This document shows positions 1 to 7,972 of a stretch of 32,000 nt of DNA, piece after piece (position 1 is the first letter of the stretch; each line of letters starts with the position of its first letter). This DNA comes from Schaalia odontolytica (GTDB taxonomy: Bacteria; Actinomycetota; Actinomycetes; Actinomycetales; Actinomycetaceae): positions 780,001 through 812,000 of the forward strand of contig NZ_CP040006.1 of the NCBI RefSeq assembly GCF_005696695.1, given 5' to 3'. Below the pieces are notes generated by a model. The model worked only from the letters and a program-made list of their open reading frames with translations, was not told the DNA's origin and ran no database searches. The position numbers and the translations under genes are program-made.

Positions 1-364
1 CGGATGGGTGCTTGACGGTGGCCGGTGGTTCTACCACGAGGCCTCGGGGGCCCAGGTATTGGGCTGGGCCAACGTGAATGGCACCTGGTACTACCTGGAA
101 CCCCCCACGGGTGCGATGGTGACCGGTTGGGCTTATGTCGATGATGCCTGGTACTACTTGAGCGCTTCGGGTGCGATGGTGACCGGTTGGGCTTACGTCG
201 ATGGTGCCTGGTACTACCTCACGCCCTCCGGCGCGATGGCAATTGGCTGGTTGAACGACGGTGGGTCCTGGTACTACCTGGACGTGTCCGGTGCGATGGT
301 CACCGGCACTCGGCAGGTGGATGGTGTGACCTACACCTTCGGCCCGGACGGTCGCATGCAGTAG
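1..364 (+). CDS. C-terminal fragment of a cell-wall-binding-repeat protein (5' end outside window)
   Basis: The frame is open from base 2 (GWVLDGGRWFYHE...). It contains about five 20-aa repeats of the form GW..v.G.WYYL..SGAM.TGW, matching the choline/cell-wall-binding repeat (CW_binding_1) consensus. The same C-terminal module occurs on both S8 proteases in this window. Stop at 362-364. Confidence 0.8.
   Translation, partial: GWVLDGGRWFYHEASGAQVLGWANVNGTWYYLEPPTGAMVTGWAYVDDAWYYLSASGAMVTGWAYVDGAWYYLTPSGAMAIGWLNDGGSWYYLDVSGAMVTGTRQVDGVTYTFGPDGRMQ
111..230 (+). repeat. Two adjacent 60-nt coding repeat units, nearly identical
   Basis: 111-170 and 171-230 both begin gtgcgatggtgaccggttgggctta(t/c)gtcgatg(a/g)tgcctggtactac. 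By direct reading only 2 differences occur in the first ~47 nt. Each unit encodes one cell-wall-binding repeat. Confidence 0.9.
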
Positions 365-382
365 GTGTCTGAGGCTGCTTGT

Positions 383-424
383 CAAGGCGGGGACGCGCAT
401 CTGAGGGTGCGCGGCCCCGCCTTG
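383..424 (+). terminator. Putative stem-loop terminator after the partial CDS
   Basis: Arms caaggcggggacgcgca (383-399) and tgcgcggccccgccttg (408-424) form a 17-bp stem with one mismatch. It starts 19 nt after the stop. There is no clear T-tract. Confidence 0.45.
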
Positions 425-602
425 CTGTCGTGAGAGTTGGGCATAGGCGGGCAGGGGAGTGGTTACTTGAAATTCGTGCCTCTGGCCAGGTGTTGACCAA
501 TTTAAGTGACGCTAAATTGTGGCGAGTGACAAACTAAAGCATGATAGTTCTGATGGGTACATTGTCGTACTCGCCAGACCCACAACTGAAAGTCGAGGAA
601 CC

Positions 603-3600
603 ATGCGCCGCAATGTTGCACGCATCGGGCTCGTCGCCGCCCTCGCCCTGTCCATGGGCGTGGCCACAGCGACCGCCCCACCCACCCGGGCCGACGATCG
701 CACCGGCCTCATCGCGCCCGCTCGCGCCAGCGCCGGCCTGATGAACTACGCCATCAACCTCAGCCCTCAGGCCAGCGCCGAGGACCTTGCGCGCGCGACC
801 TCGCTCGTCGCATCCGCCGGTGGCGTCACGCTGGCCTCCTATCCGGAGCTGGGAACGTTCTTTGCCCAGAGCGAGTCGGCATCGTTCGCCCCGGACCTGG
901 CCGCAGCCCTGGGGAAGGCCGGAATTTCCGTGCACTCGGTGGGCCCGACGCGCGTGGCCGCCGTGCCCGAGGGGGAGCGCCAGGCCGCTCCCGACCCACA
1001 GCCGGCCCCGCAGTCCGGCGAGGCGAGCCCGGCTCAGTCCGGAGCCCAGTCGGGCGCTCAATCCGGAGCGCAGTCGGGTGGCCCGTCCTCCCTGCGCGGA
1101 CAGAGTGCGACCGAGGCCGATAAACCCGAGGAGGTCGTCAACTGGGGAGCCCAGGCGATGAGTGCCACCGACGCCGCGGCTGTGCCGATCGCTCACGCGC
1201 CCGTCACCGTCGGCGTCATCGACACCGGCATCGACGACACGCACCCTGACCTCGTGGGTCGCGTCGACACCTCCCGTTCCGTCTCCTGCGGGCACAACGG
1301 CATCCCTTCTCAGGCCTACGGGTCTTGGCGTGACGACTACTTCCACGGCACACACGTCGCGGGCATCATCGCCGCCAACCACAACGGCATCGGCATCGAT
1401 GGCATTGCGCCGACCGCGACCCTCGTGTCCATCAAGGCCTCCAACGACGAGCAGCTCATGTACCCCGAGTACGTGACCTGCGGCTTCATGTGGGCCGCCA
1501 GCCACGGCGTCGACATCGTCAACAACTCCTACTCGATGGATCCCTGGGTCTACTGGAGCCCGAGCGATCCCGAGCAGGCTGCCGGCCTCGAGGCCGCGAC
1601 CCGCGCCATCGCATACGCGCAGGGTAAGGGGCTGGCCGTCATCGCCTCGGCGGGCAACGACGGCATGGACAACGACAACGTCACGACCGACAGCGGGTCG
1701 CCGACCGACCTCGACACCCCGATCAAGGACCGCCCCGTGAAGGACGGCGTAAAGGTCCCCGCCATGGTCGAGGGCGTCAGCCAGGTCAGCGCCGCCACGC
1801 GCACCAACGTCGAGACCAAGCCCGAATGGGCGAACCTCAAGCGCGCCGACTTCTCCAACTACGGCAAGAGCGTCGACTTCACCGCGCCGGGGCAGGACAT
1901 CTACTCGACCGTACCCACGTCGATCTTCTCCTCGGGTTACGCCAAGACCAGCGGCACCTCCATGGCCACGCCCCACATCACGGGCATCGCCGCGCTCATT
2001 AAGTCGATCCACCCGGGATTCCAGGGCAAGCAGATCACCGACCTCATGCGCAAGCAGGCCGCCATGGAATACACGCGCCTGGAAGCGCCCGAGGACGGCA
2101 AGGAATTCCGCGGTTACGGCTTCATCAACGCGCTGACCACCATGCGCCGCGACCAGCCTCAGCCGACCGTCCAGACCCTGCAGTACCGGGTCGGCAAGGG
2201 CGAATGGAAGGACGTGCACGGAGCGACCCTGCCGGCCGGCCCCGTCACCTTCTACACCGAGGCGATCGCCCCGATCAGCCACCTGCACATGGATGTTGCC
2301 GGCCTGGCATCCGTCGACCGCGACGGCTCGGGCAAGTTCTTCGATAGTGCACTGGGTGCCTCGATCGAAAACGTGGATCTCAGCGCACTGCTGCCCGAGG
2401 GCACGGACTCCGTGACCGCCCGTGTCCAGGTCAGCGCCACCGGCATCAACTTCGATCGCCAGGCCGACGACGACACGGGCCGCGAGGCCGTCTTCACCGT
2501 CTCGCGCGACCCGAACGCCGCTGCGACCCCGGCCCCCGCGCCAGACACCGACGCGCCCGCGCCGTCGGGCCCCGCCAAGGCCGGCATCACCGCCCCCGCG
2601 CGCAGCAACGACCAGCTGCCCGCCAACTACGCGGTCAACCTGCCCAAGGGCACCGATAACGCCACCTTCCAGCGTGCGGCGGCCCAGGCCTCGTTCCACG
2701 GTGGCCTGTTGCTGGCGCAGTACCCGGCCTTCGGCACGTTCTTCGTGCAGTCGGCATCGCCCACCTTCTCGCCCGACCTGGGCGCGGCGCTCGTGAAGGA
2801 GGGCATCAGCTACGACTCGATCGGCCCGACCCGCCAGGCGCCCGTCGGCGGTAACGAGGCCATGGTTCCCATCTCCTACGAGACCCGAGTTGCGGCGGAT
2901 GCGGCGATTGCGGCCGCGCCCCGCTCGCAGGGCGCACAGAGTGACCAGGACGCGGCCCTCACCCCGGACCCGCAGACCGGCAACGGATGGCACCTCCAAG
3001 CCCTGCGAGCCCTCGAGGCGCAAGGCGTGGACGTCATGCGCGCGCCCGTCACGGTGGGCATCATGGACCAGTCCATCGATGACACCGTGCCGGACCTGGT
3101 CGGACAGGTCGATCACGACAAGTCTGTGTCCTGCTCGTTTAACGGCATCCCGAACCGCGACCCCGCCGCGTGGCGCTGGGACGACGCGACCCACGGCACG
3201 CACGTGGCCGGTTCGATTGCTGCGAAGCATGACGGCGTGGGCGTGGACGGCGTGAACCCGACGCTGCGCATCGCCGCGATCAACGTGGCCTCGCGTAACG
3301 GCGGATTCTTCTACCCCGAGTACATCGTGTGTGGCTTCGTGTGGGCTGCTGAGCACGGCATCTCGGTGACCAATGGTTCGTACTACGTGGACCCGTGGAA
3401 GTACTGGCTCCCCAACGACCCCGAGCAGGCCGCGGGCCAGGAGGCTGTGCAGCGCGCGGTCGACTACGCGACCTCGAAGGATGTTATCAACGTCGTGGCC
3501 GCCGGTAACTTCTCGACCGACCTGGACAACCTGCCCACGACCGACGACTCGGCCCCCGGCGACACCTGGGGTGCGCACGAGCGCGATGTGACGGGCGCGG

Positions 3601-4937
3601 TCTACATGCCGCCGAAGCTGCGCGGCACGCTCTCCGTGTCCGCCCTGCAGCTTCCCGAGGGTGCCGACCCTGCCACCGGCGTGCTCGAGCCGGCCTCCTG
3701 GTCGAACTGGGGTGCGAACAGCATCGACTTCGCCGCCCCCGGCGCGAAGATCTACGCGCCGCTGACGAGCTGGTACGGCAAGGCCTACGGCAACCTGTAC
3801 GGCACCTCGCAGGCCTCGCCTCTGGCAGCCGCCGTCATCGCGACGCTGCGCCAGGTCCACCCGGAGATGAATGCCGAGCAGATCATCGCCCTGGCCAAGA
3901 AGCAGGCGGGGGATCCGTCGAACTGGGATCGTCTCAAGCCCGTCGAGGGCCGCGAGTACCGAGGCGCGGGCCTGCCCAACGCCCTGGACGCCGTCCTTAA
4001 GGACCAGGCGAAGCCCGTCATCGGCAGCGTCGAATACTCCACCGATGGCACCACGTGGCAGCCGCTGGCGGGGGAGAGCGTCGCCGGACGCGTCTCCATC
4101 CGCGTGACGGTGAGCGGTCCGGTGACCTCCGCGCGTCTCCTCGTCGGTGAGCGTGAAGTCGTGACCGGCGTGGGCAACGGCGCCTTCGAGGGCAACTCGG
4201 TGATGCTGCAGGCCGACGGCGTGGACGTGTCCCACCCGAACGGCACGGGACGCTTCGCGGGCGCCGCGACGGTCACGGTCGAGGCCATGGGCCGCAACAA
4301 CGACTCGCGGGCCGACGACGATGCGACGCTCCAGGTTCCCTTCACGGTCAGCCCCGACCAGGTCGGCCCCGACGAGGCCCGCTCGGGCCGCTGGGTCTCC
4401 GGCGCCTTCGGCTGGTGGTGGCGCTACGAGGACGGTACCTACCCGACCTCGACGCAGCTGCGCATCGACGGGGCGATCTACCGCTTCGACGCCCGCGGGT
4501 ACATGGTGACCGGCTGGGTCAGCGAGGGCGGCCACTGGTTCTACTACGGACCCTCCGGCGGCCAGGCCTCTGGCTGGATGCAGGTGCGCGGAACCTGGTA
4601 CTACCTGGATCCCATCAGTGGCGAGATGGCGAGTGGTTGGACCAAGGTGCGCGACACCTGGTACTACCTGGGTTCCTCGGGCGCGATGCGCACGGGATGG
4701 ATGCGCGACGGCTCCACCTGGTACTACCTGTCCGACTCCGGCGCGATGACCACAGGCTGGGCACGCATCGGATCCTCCTGGTACCACTTCGCCACCTCCG
4801 GCGCGATGAGCACCGGCTGGGTGAAGGACGGCGGCTCCTGGTTCTACCTCTCCTCCTCCGGGGCGATGGTGACCGGGGCGCGCTGGATCGACGGCACGCG
4901 CTACGTGTTCGACGACGAGGGTCGCCTCCAGGAGTAA
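603..4937 (+). CDS. Secreted tandem (two-module) subtilisin-like serine protease, peptidase S8, with C-terminal cell-wall-binding repeats
   Basis: Start chosen at ATG 603 (MRRNVARIGLVAALALSMGVATATAPPTRA, a signal peptide), preceded by gaggaa. Module 1 has an I9-like propeptide (NYAINL...YPELGTFFAQS...SVGPTR) and catalytic motifs VIDTGID (Asp codon 1221-1223), HGTHVAG (His 1344-1346) and GTSMATPH (Ser 1959-1961). A Pro/Ala linker follows, then a second propeptide-like segment (NYAVNL...YPAFGTFFVQS...SIGPTR). Module 2 has IMDQSID (Asp 3066-3068), HGTHVAG (His 3192-3194), AAGNFS and GTSQASP (Ser 3807-3809). The C-terminus carries GW..G.WYYL..SGAM.TGW repeats. Confidence 0.93.
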   Translation: MRRNVARIGLVAALALSMGVATATAPPTRADDRTGLIAPARASAGLMNYAINLSPQASAEDLARATSLVASAGGVTLASYPELGTFFAQSESASFAPDLAAALGKAGISVHSVGPTRVAAVPEGERQAAPDPQPAPQSGEASPAQSGAQSGAQSGAQSGGPSSLRGQSATEADKPEEVVNWGAQAMSATDAAAVPIAHAPVTVGVIDTGIDDTHPDLVGRVDTSRSVSCGHNGIPSQAYGSWRDDYFHGTHVAGIIAANHNGIGIDGIAPTATLVSIKASNDEQLMYPEYVTCGFMWAASHGVDIVNNSYSMDPWVYWSPSDPEQAAGLEAATRAIAYAQGKGLAVIASAGNDGMDNDNVTTDSGSPTDLDTPIKDRPVKDGVKVPAMVEGVSQVSAATRTNVETKPEWANLKRADFSNYGKSVDFTAPGQDIYSTVPTSIFSSGYAKTSGTSMATPHITGIAALIKSIHPGFQGKQITDLMRKQAAMEYTRLEAPEDGKEFRGYGFINALTTMRRDQPQPTVQTLQYRVGKGEWKDVHGATLPAGPVTFYTEAIAPISHLHMDVAGLASVDRDGSGKFFDSALGASIENVDLSALLPEGTDSVTARVQVSATGINFDRQADDDTGREAVFTVSRDPNAAATPAPAPDTDAPAPSGPAKAGITAPARSNDQLPANYAVNLPKGTDNATFQRAAAQASFHGGLLLAQYPAFGTFFVQSASPTFSPDLGAALVKEGISYDSIGPTRQAPVGGNEAMVPISYETRVAADAAIAAAPRSQGAQSDQDAALTPDPQTGNGWHLQALRALEAQGVDVMRAPVTVGIMDQSIDDTVPDLVGQVDHDKSVSCSFNGIPNRDPAAWRWDDATHGTHVAGSIAAKHDGVGVDGVNPTLRIAAINVASRNGGFFYPEYIVCGFVWAAEHGISVTNGSYYVDPWKYWLPNDPEQAAGQEAVQRAVDYATSKDVINVVAAGNFSTDLDNLPTTDDSAPGDTWGAHERDVTGAVYMPPKLRGTLSVSALQLPEGADPATGVLEPASWSNWGANSIDFAAPGAKIYAPLTSWYGKAYGNLYGTSQASPLAAAVIATLRQVHPEMNAEQIIALAKKQAGDPSNWDRLKPVEGREYRGAGLPNALDAVLKDQAKPVIGSVEYSTDGTTWQPLAGESVAGRVSIRVTVSGPVTSARLLVGEREVVTGVGNGAFEGNSVMLQADGVDVSHPNGTGRFAGAATVTVEAMGRNNDSRADDDATLQVPFTVSPDQVGPDEARSGRWVSGAFGWWWRYEDGTYPTSTQLRIDGAIYRFDARGYMVTGWVSEGGHWFYYGPSGGQASGWMQVRGTWYYLDPISGEMASGWTKVRDTWYYLGSSGAMRTGWMRDGSTWYYLSDSGAMTTGWARIGSSWYHFATSGAMSTGWVKDGGSWFYLSSSGAMVTGARWIDGTRYVFDDEGRLQE
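1032..1079 (+). repeat. 12-nt x4 imperfect coding microrepeat, (AQSG)4
   Basis: The sequence reads gct cag tcc gga / gcc cag tcg ggc / gct caa tcc gga / gcg cag tcg ggt. It lies in the linker between propeptide 1 and catalytic domain 1. Confidence 0.9.
4387..4934 (+). repeat. Array of ~60-nt coding repeats (cell-wall-binding repeats) at the 3' end of the tandem protease gene
   Basis: The translated repeats are GWVSEGGHWFYYGPSGGQASGW / MQVRGTWYYLDPISGEMASGW / TKVRDTWYYLGSSGAMRTGW / MRDGSTWYYLSDSGAMTTGW / ARIGSSWYHFATSGAMSTGW / VKDGGSWFYLSSSGAMVTG. Confidence 0.9.
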
Positions 4938-4975
4938 ACATCACGAGGCCGGGGTTCCTTCCCGGTTGAGATGGT

Positions 4976-5011
4976 GAGGGGCCGCGCACGATGTCTCGTG
5001 CGCGGCCCCTC
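4976..5011 (+). terminator. Stem-loop terminator downstream of the tandem protease gene
   Basis: A perfect 16-bp GC-rich stem, gaggggccgcgcacga (4976-4991) / tcgtgcgcggcccctc (4996-5011), with loop tgtc. It starts 39 nt after the stop codon. Confidence 0.65.
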
Positions 5012-5077
5012 GCATGTGTGGGGAGGGTGTTTTCCGAGTTGGATCGCCATTATGAATTCGATAGTGTAAAGCGACAA

Positions 5078-5099
5078 TTTCGTATACGATATTCGTATG
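5078..5099 (+). promoter_or_regulatory. Candidate operator for the RHH antitoxin (direct repeats plus palindrome)
   Basis: TTCGTAT occurs twice (5079-5085 and 5092-5098), and the second copy overlaps the ATG at 5097. The palindrome tcgtatacga lies at 5080-5089. The region is AT-rich and sits immediately 5' of the antitoxin gene. RHH antitoxins typically autoregulate through such repeats. Confidence 0.3.
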
Positions 5100-5366
5100 A
5101 GTGAGCGTCTTCTTCATGGAAAGCCCGTCAGCGATGAACAGATTCAGGCGTGGGCTGATGAGGCTGAGCGCGGCTATGACCTGACCAAGCTGGCGCCCCC
5201 GCGTCCGGGCCGTCCTTCCGTCGGGAAGGGGCCGGGAGTGGCCGTCACGGTGCGTTTGGACGAGCAGACGCTCAGCGCGCTGATGGAACGTGCTGCTTCT
5301 GAGGGGATCGATAGCCGTTCCGACGCGATACGTGCTGCGGTGCGTGAGTGGACCCATGTCGCCTAA
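5097..5366 (+). CDS. Ribbon-helix-helix (CopG/BrnA-like) type II antitoxin
   Basis: 89 aa. The C-terminal segment VAVTVRLDEQTLSALMERAASEGIDSRSDAIRAAVREW fits the RHH pattern (beta strand, helix, helix). Its 3' end overlaps the next ORF by 11 nt (ATGTCGCCTAA). Confidence 0.75.
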   Translation: MSERLLHGKPVSDEQIQAWADEAERGYDLTKLAPPRPGRPSVGKGPGVAVTVRLDEQTLSALMERAASEGIDSRSDAIRAAVREWTHVA

Positions 5367-5616
5367 ACTGCACGCCAGTGCACGCAAGCATTTTGGGCGC
5401 GACCGGCTCACCGATGAGTCCGTCCTGTATGCCTATGAGCATGCCCTGAACTCTCGACCCCTCGATGATGAGGATGACCCCAGGCGGTGGCTCGTGGTGG
5501 GTATTGATCAATCTGGACGCGTTCTGGAAATGGTCGTCTTGGTTTTTGACAGTGGCGGTGAACTCCTGATTCATGCGATGAAGGCACGTCCGCAATTTCT
5601 AGAGGAACTTCGATAG
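5356..5616 (+). CDS. Small putative toxin partner (BrnT/DUF4258-like pattern; family uncertain)
   Basis: 86 aa starting at the internal ATG 5356 (MSPKLHASARKHFGRDRLTDE...RWLVVGIDQSGRVLEMVVLVFDSGGELLIHAMKARPQF). Size, overlap with the RHH gene, and the R.L.vG.D..GR.LevV....viHAM..R pattern resemble small RNase-type toxins. The assignment rests on pattern only. Confidence 0.55.
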   Translation: MSPKLHASARKHFGRDRLTDESVLYAYEHALNSRPLDDEDDPRRWLVVGIDQSGRVLEMVVLVFDSGGELLIHAMKARPQFLEELR

Positions 5617-5662
5617 TCCCTTTCTCGCAGCCTCTTGGCGCGAGAATGCCTTTAATGAACGT

Positions 5663-5705
5663 GGCTGCCCTCCGACCTGCACAAGGGGGCGATCGGAGGA
5701 CAGCC
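5663..5705. terminator. Possible bidirectional stem-loop between convergent genes
   Basis: Arms ggctgccctccga (5663-5675) and tcggaggacagcc (5693-5705) form a 13-bp stem with one mismatch and a 17-nt loop. It lies between the toxin stop (5616) and the membrane protein stop (5725). Confidence 0.3.
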
Positions 5706-5724
5706 GCGCAAAAATGCCGCTTCG

Positions 5725-6762
5725 CTACCTTTCTCTGGCGGACGTGAAGCCCGCCTTCTCGGGCGTTGTGCCCAGGCGTGCGGCGATCAGCTCCTTGTCC
5801 TCATCGGAGGCGAGGTCACGGACCCACGAGGCGTAGGTGGCCTCGTCGGCGTGGACCTCCTGCGTGAGCGGGTTACGCCGCTTGGAGACGATCGTGCGCA
5901 CGTGCGCCGCGAACACCCACACGTTCGCCACGAGGGCGGCCGCCGAGAGGATGACCATCGCCCAGGGGTTGTGGGCGCTGCGGTGGGCGAACATCGAATC
6001 CTGCATGAAATGCGGGAACGTGAGCACGACGGCCGACCACAGCGTGAGCGTGTACGCCCGGTACTGGATCCACGCGCCTCGCCCGAACTTCATGAGCGCC
6101 GGGATCGTGCACGAGGCCAGTAGCGCCACGCCCGAGTACCACGCCCGGTCCGCCAGGCAGTTGTACACGTAGGCGAGGTTCCACAGGTCGTAGGCGATGA
6201 TCCACCCGATCGTCAGGTCACCCCAGATGAGGGAGCGTTCCTTGCCTTTGGACATGAAGATCCCGACCCACCCGGAGATGGCGAGCAGGTTCAAGATGCC
6301 GGCAATGCCGTTCATGATGTTCCACGGCCCGCCCCACGTGACCATCCCCTGCGAGGGATCCACCCCGTGAATCCCGTAGCACTGGAAGTCGCGCACCACG
6401 GCCTCGGCGATGTTCACCGCCAGGATCGCGGGTGGGATGATCAGGTACCAGCGGTTGTAGCGCAGCCTCGGGAAGACTTGCAGGGCGACGAGGCACAGGG
6501 ACCCCGCCAGCGCCGAGTACTGTTTCACGATCGGGAACCAGCCCGCCGAGGCCGTCCCCGCCGTCGAGTGCGGCCACCAGAAGATGGTCAGCGCGATGGG
6601 CACGACCACGAAGAGCGCGAGGACCACCCACATGTTGCGCTGGGCCAGCCACGCCCCGCCGGCGAGGAGCACGATGACGAGGAGGAGCATCGCGTAGTCC
6701 CACCACTGGCCGACCTCGAAAAAGAAGAGCGTCGGGTAGTCCGGGGGAGTGACGGTGCCCAT
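5725..6762 (-). CDS. Uncharacterised polytopic membrane protein (~9 TM)
   Basis: Start taken at the internal ATG 6762 (MGTVTPPDYPTLFFFEVGQWW...), which overlaps the upstream stop as TGATG. About nine hydrophobic segments are visible. Conserved blocks are shared with the 7973-9247 paralog: LIWGDLTIGWIIAYDLWNLAYVYNCLADRAWY vs LIWVDMVWPWVIAYDLWNHAFLYNSLADYTWY. The track ORF extends to 7584 only by running through the upstream gene in another frame. Confidence 0.8.
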   Translation of the reverse strand: MGTVTPPDYPTLFFFEVGQWWDYAMLLLVIVLLAGGAWLAQRNMWVVLALFVVVPIALTIFWWPHSTAGTASAGWFPIVKQYSALAGSLCLVALQVFPRLRYNRWYLIIPPAILAVNIAEAVVRDFQCYGIHGVDPSQGMVTWGGPWNIMNGIAGILNLLAISGWVGIFMSKGKERSLIWGDLTIGWIIAYDLWNLAYVYNCLADRAWYSGVALLASCTIPALMKFGRGAWIQYRAYTLTLWSAVVLTFPHFMQDSMFAHRSAHNPWAMVILSAAALVANVWVFAAHVRTIVSKRRNPLTQEVHADEATYASWVRDLASDEDKELIAARLGTTPEKAGFTSARER

Positions 6763-7805
6763 CAGCGCTGCTCCTTCCCCCAATTGGGCAGGTAGGTGCG
6801 CTCCATCTTCTGGCGGATCTGCTCCTCCCAGGAGAAGGCCGGCTCGGTCCAGCCCTCGAAGTAGGAGAAGTCGACCTCGCCAGCCCACGGGCTGTCCGCT
6901 CCCGTCGGCGGCCACGACGGGTCGTCGGTGACGGGCGGACGTATCTCGGCGACGGCCGGGGCGGACCGTCCGTAGCGGAACCACTGGGTGAAGGTGTCTT
7001 CGAACAGGGGAGTGTTGTCGTAGCGCCCGGCGGGCGTGCCCGAGTTGAAGAATCGCCCGCCCAGCATCCCGCGCATGAAGCGGCCCGTCAGGTGCTGCTT
7101 CTTCTTGAACTCGAGGACGCGCTTGACGTAGAGGTTTTGCAGGTGGGTCATGCACCCGCCGATGAACTCGATGTTGATCCAGTTCAGGGCCTTCATGGCT
7201 GGGGAGGCGGGCTCGTAGCCGATGCGCCAGTGGTTGATGAGGCGCGTGCGCCCGCCCGACAGGGGCACCATGTAGAAGCACCAGGCGGCCGCGAAGTGCG
7301 TCATCCCGGGGAATCGGAACGCGTAGGAGCCGGGTGCTTTGGGCGGGTTCTTCGTGTCGACCCACTGGACCATGTACTTGCCGGGCACGACGTCCGCCCA
7401 CTCCATCGACATGCCGTGGAAGTCGAAGGCAGCGATGTCGCCGGGCACCATCGAGTCGGGCTGCTGGAACTCCTCCTGGATCTCGTAGGAGTTGAAGAAG
7501 GGCAGGCGCGCGAAGACGCGCTCGAGGAACTCCGAGGAGAAGGATCCGGACTTTTCCGCGCCGATCTGCTTGAAGAGTCGCCACACCGCGTAGGCGGGCG
7601 CGTCGATCGTGATCGCGTAGGTCGAGGAGTAGCCGTTGTCGTAGTTAGCGTCGATGAGGTCGTCGCCCGGGTAGTGCCAGGCCTGCTCCTCGGGCGTGGC
7701 CTTGCCGCTCAGCTGGCTGAAGGCGTACATGCCTCCCAGGAGCGCGGCGGTGCCGGTCAGGCCGGCGGCGCAGAGGGTACGACGGGGTAGGCGGTGGCGT
7801 GTCAT
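6762..7805 (-). CDS. Signal-anchored SRPBCC/START-like protein with a ~100-aa C-terminal extension
   Basis: Start at ATG 7805, preceded by AGGAGGAGG (reverse complement of cctcctcct at 7810-7818). The N-terminus MTRHRLPRRTLCAAGLTGTAALLGGMYAF has a Tat-like RR followed by a hydrophobic stretch. The core (ITIDAPAYAVWRLFKQIGAEKSG...GKYMVQWV...RTRLINHWRIGYE) resembles the SRPBCC fold signature. That domain call is from pattern only. Confidence 0.7.
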   Translation of the reverse strand: MTRHRLPRRTLCAAGLTGTAALLGGMYAFSQLSGKATPEEQAWHYPGDDLIDANYDNGYSSTYAITIDAPAYAVWRLFKQIGAEKSGSFSSEFLERVFARLPFFNSYEIQEEFQQPDSMVPGDIAAFDFHGMSMEWADVVPGKYMVQWVDTKNPPKAPGSYAFRFPGMTHFAAAWCFYMVPLSGGRTRLINHWRIGYEPASPAMKALNWINIEFIGGCMTHLQNLYVKRVLEFKKKQHLTGRFMRGMLGGRFFNSGTPAGRYDNTPLFEDTFTQWFRYGRSAPAVAEIRPPVTDDPSWPPTGADSPWAGEVDFSYFEGWTEPAFSWEEQIRQKMERTYLPNWGKEQR

Positions 7806-7972
7806 GGATCCTCCTCCTTGAGGAATTGACGAGGGGCGCCCGCGCTGGCGCTGGCTCGTGGGGAGCCCCGGAACGATGGGGATTTGACGGTGAACCCCGC
7901 ACACTAGGTTAGTGTTTCGGATTATGATAGCCGACAACTATTAGCCCGGTTGTGCGTTCGAAGGAGAATGCC

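Noticed and set aside
519-602. Upstream extension of the protease ORF (MASDKLKHDSSDGYIVVLARPTTESRGT).
   Set aside because: The signal peptide and a gaggaa RBS sit at ATG 603, and the extension runs through AT-rich promoter-like sequence. Similar trimmed extensions: 7806-7937 (SRPBCC gene), 9435-9494 (protease 2), 20716-20901 (uvrA-like gene, overlapping era) and 26560-26691 (lutA).
534-4787. 1417-aa ORF antisense to the tandem protease gene. Similar long antisense or off-frame ORFs occur at 9510-10538, 10827-12005, 12102-13634, 16750-17835, 18233-19726, 19635-21035, 23399-24418, 24081-25715, 25588-26646 and 30665-31540.
   Set aside because: Their translations are Arg/Gly/Ala/Val-rich low-complexity strings with no motifs. 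The opposite strand in each case encodes a protein with clear family signatures. Long open antisense frames are an expected artefact of high-GC coding DNA.
6763-7584. N-terminal 274 codons of the 619-aa track ORF (5725-7584).
   Set aside because: This part overlaps the SRPBCC-like gene in another frame and translates to Arg/Pro/Ala-rich nonsense. The hydrophobic membrane protein begins at the ATG at 6762, which is coupled to the upstream stop (TGATG).
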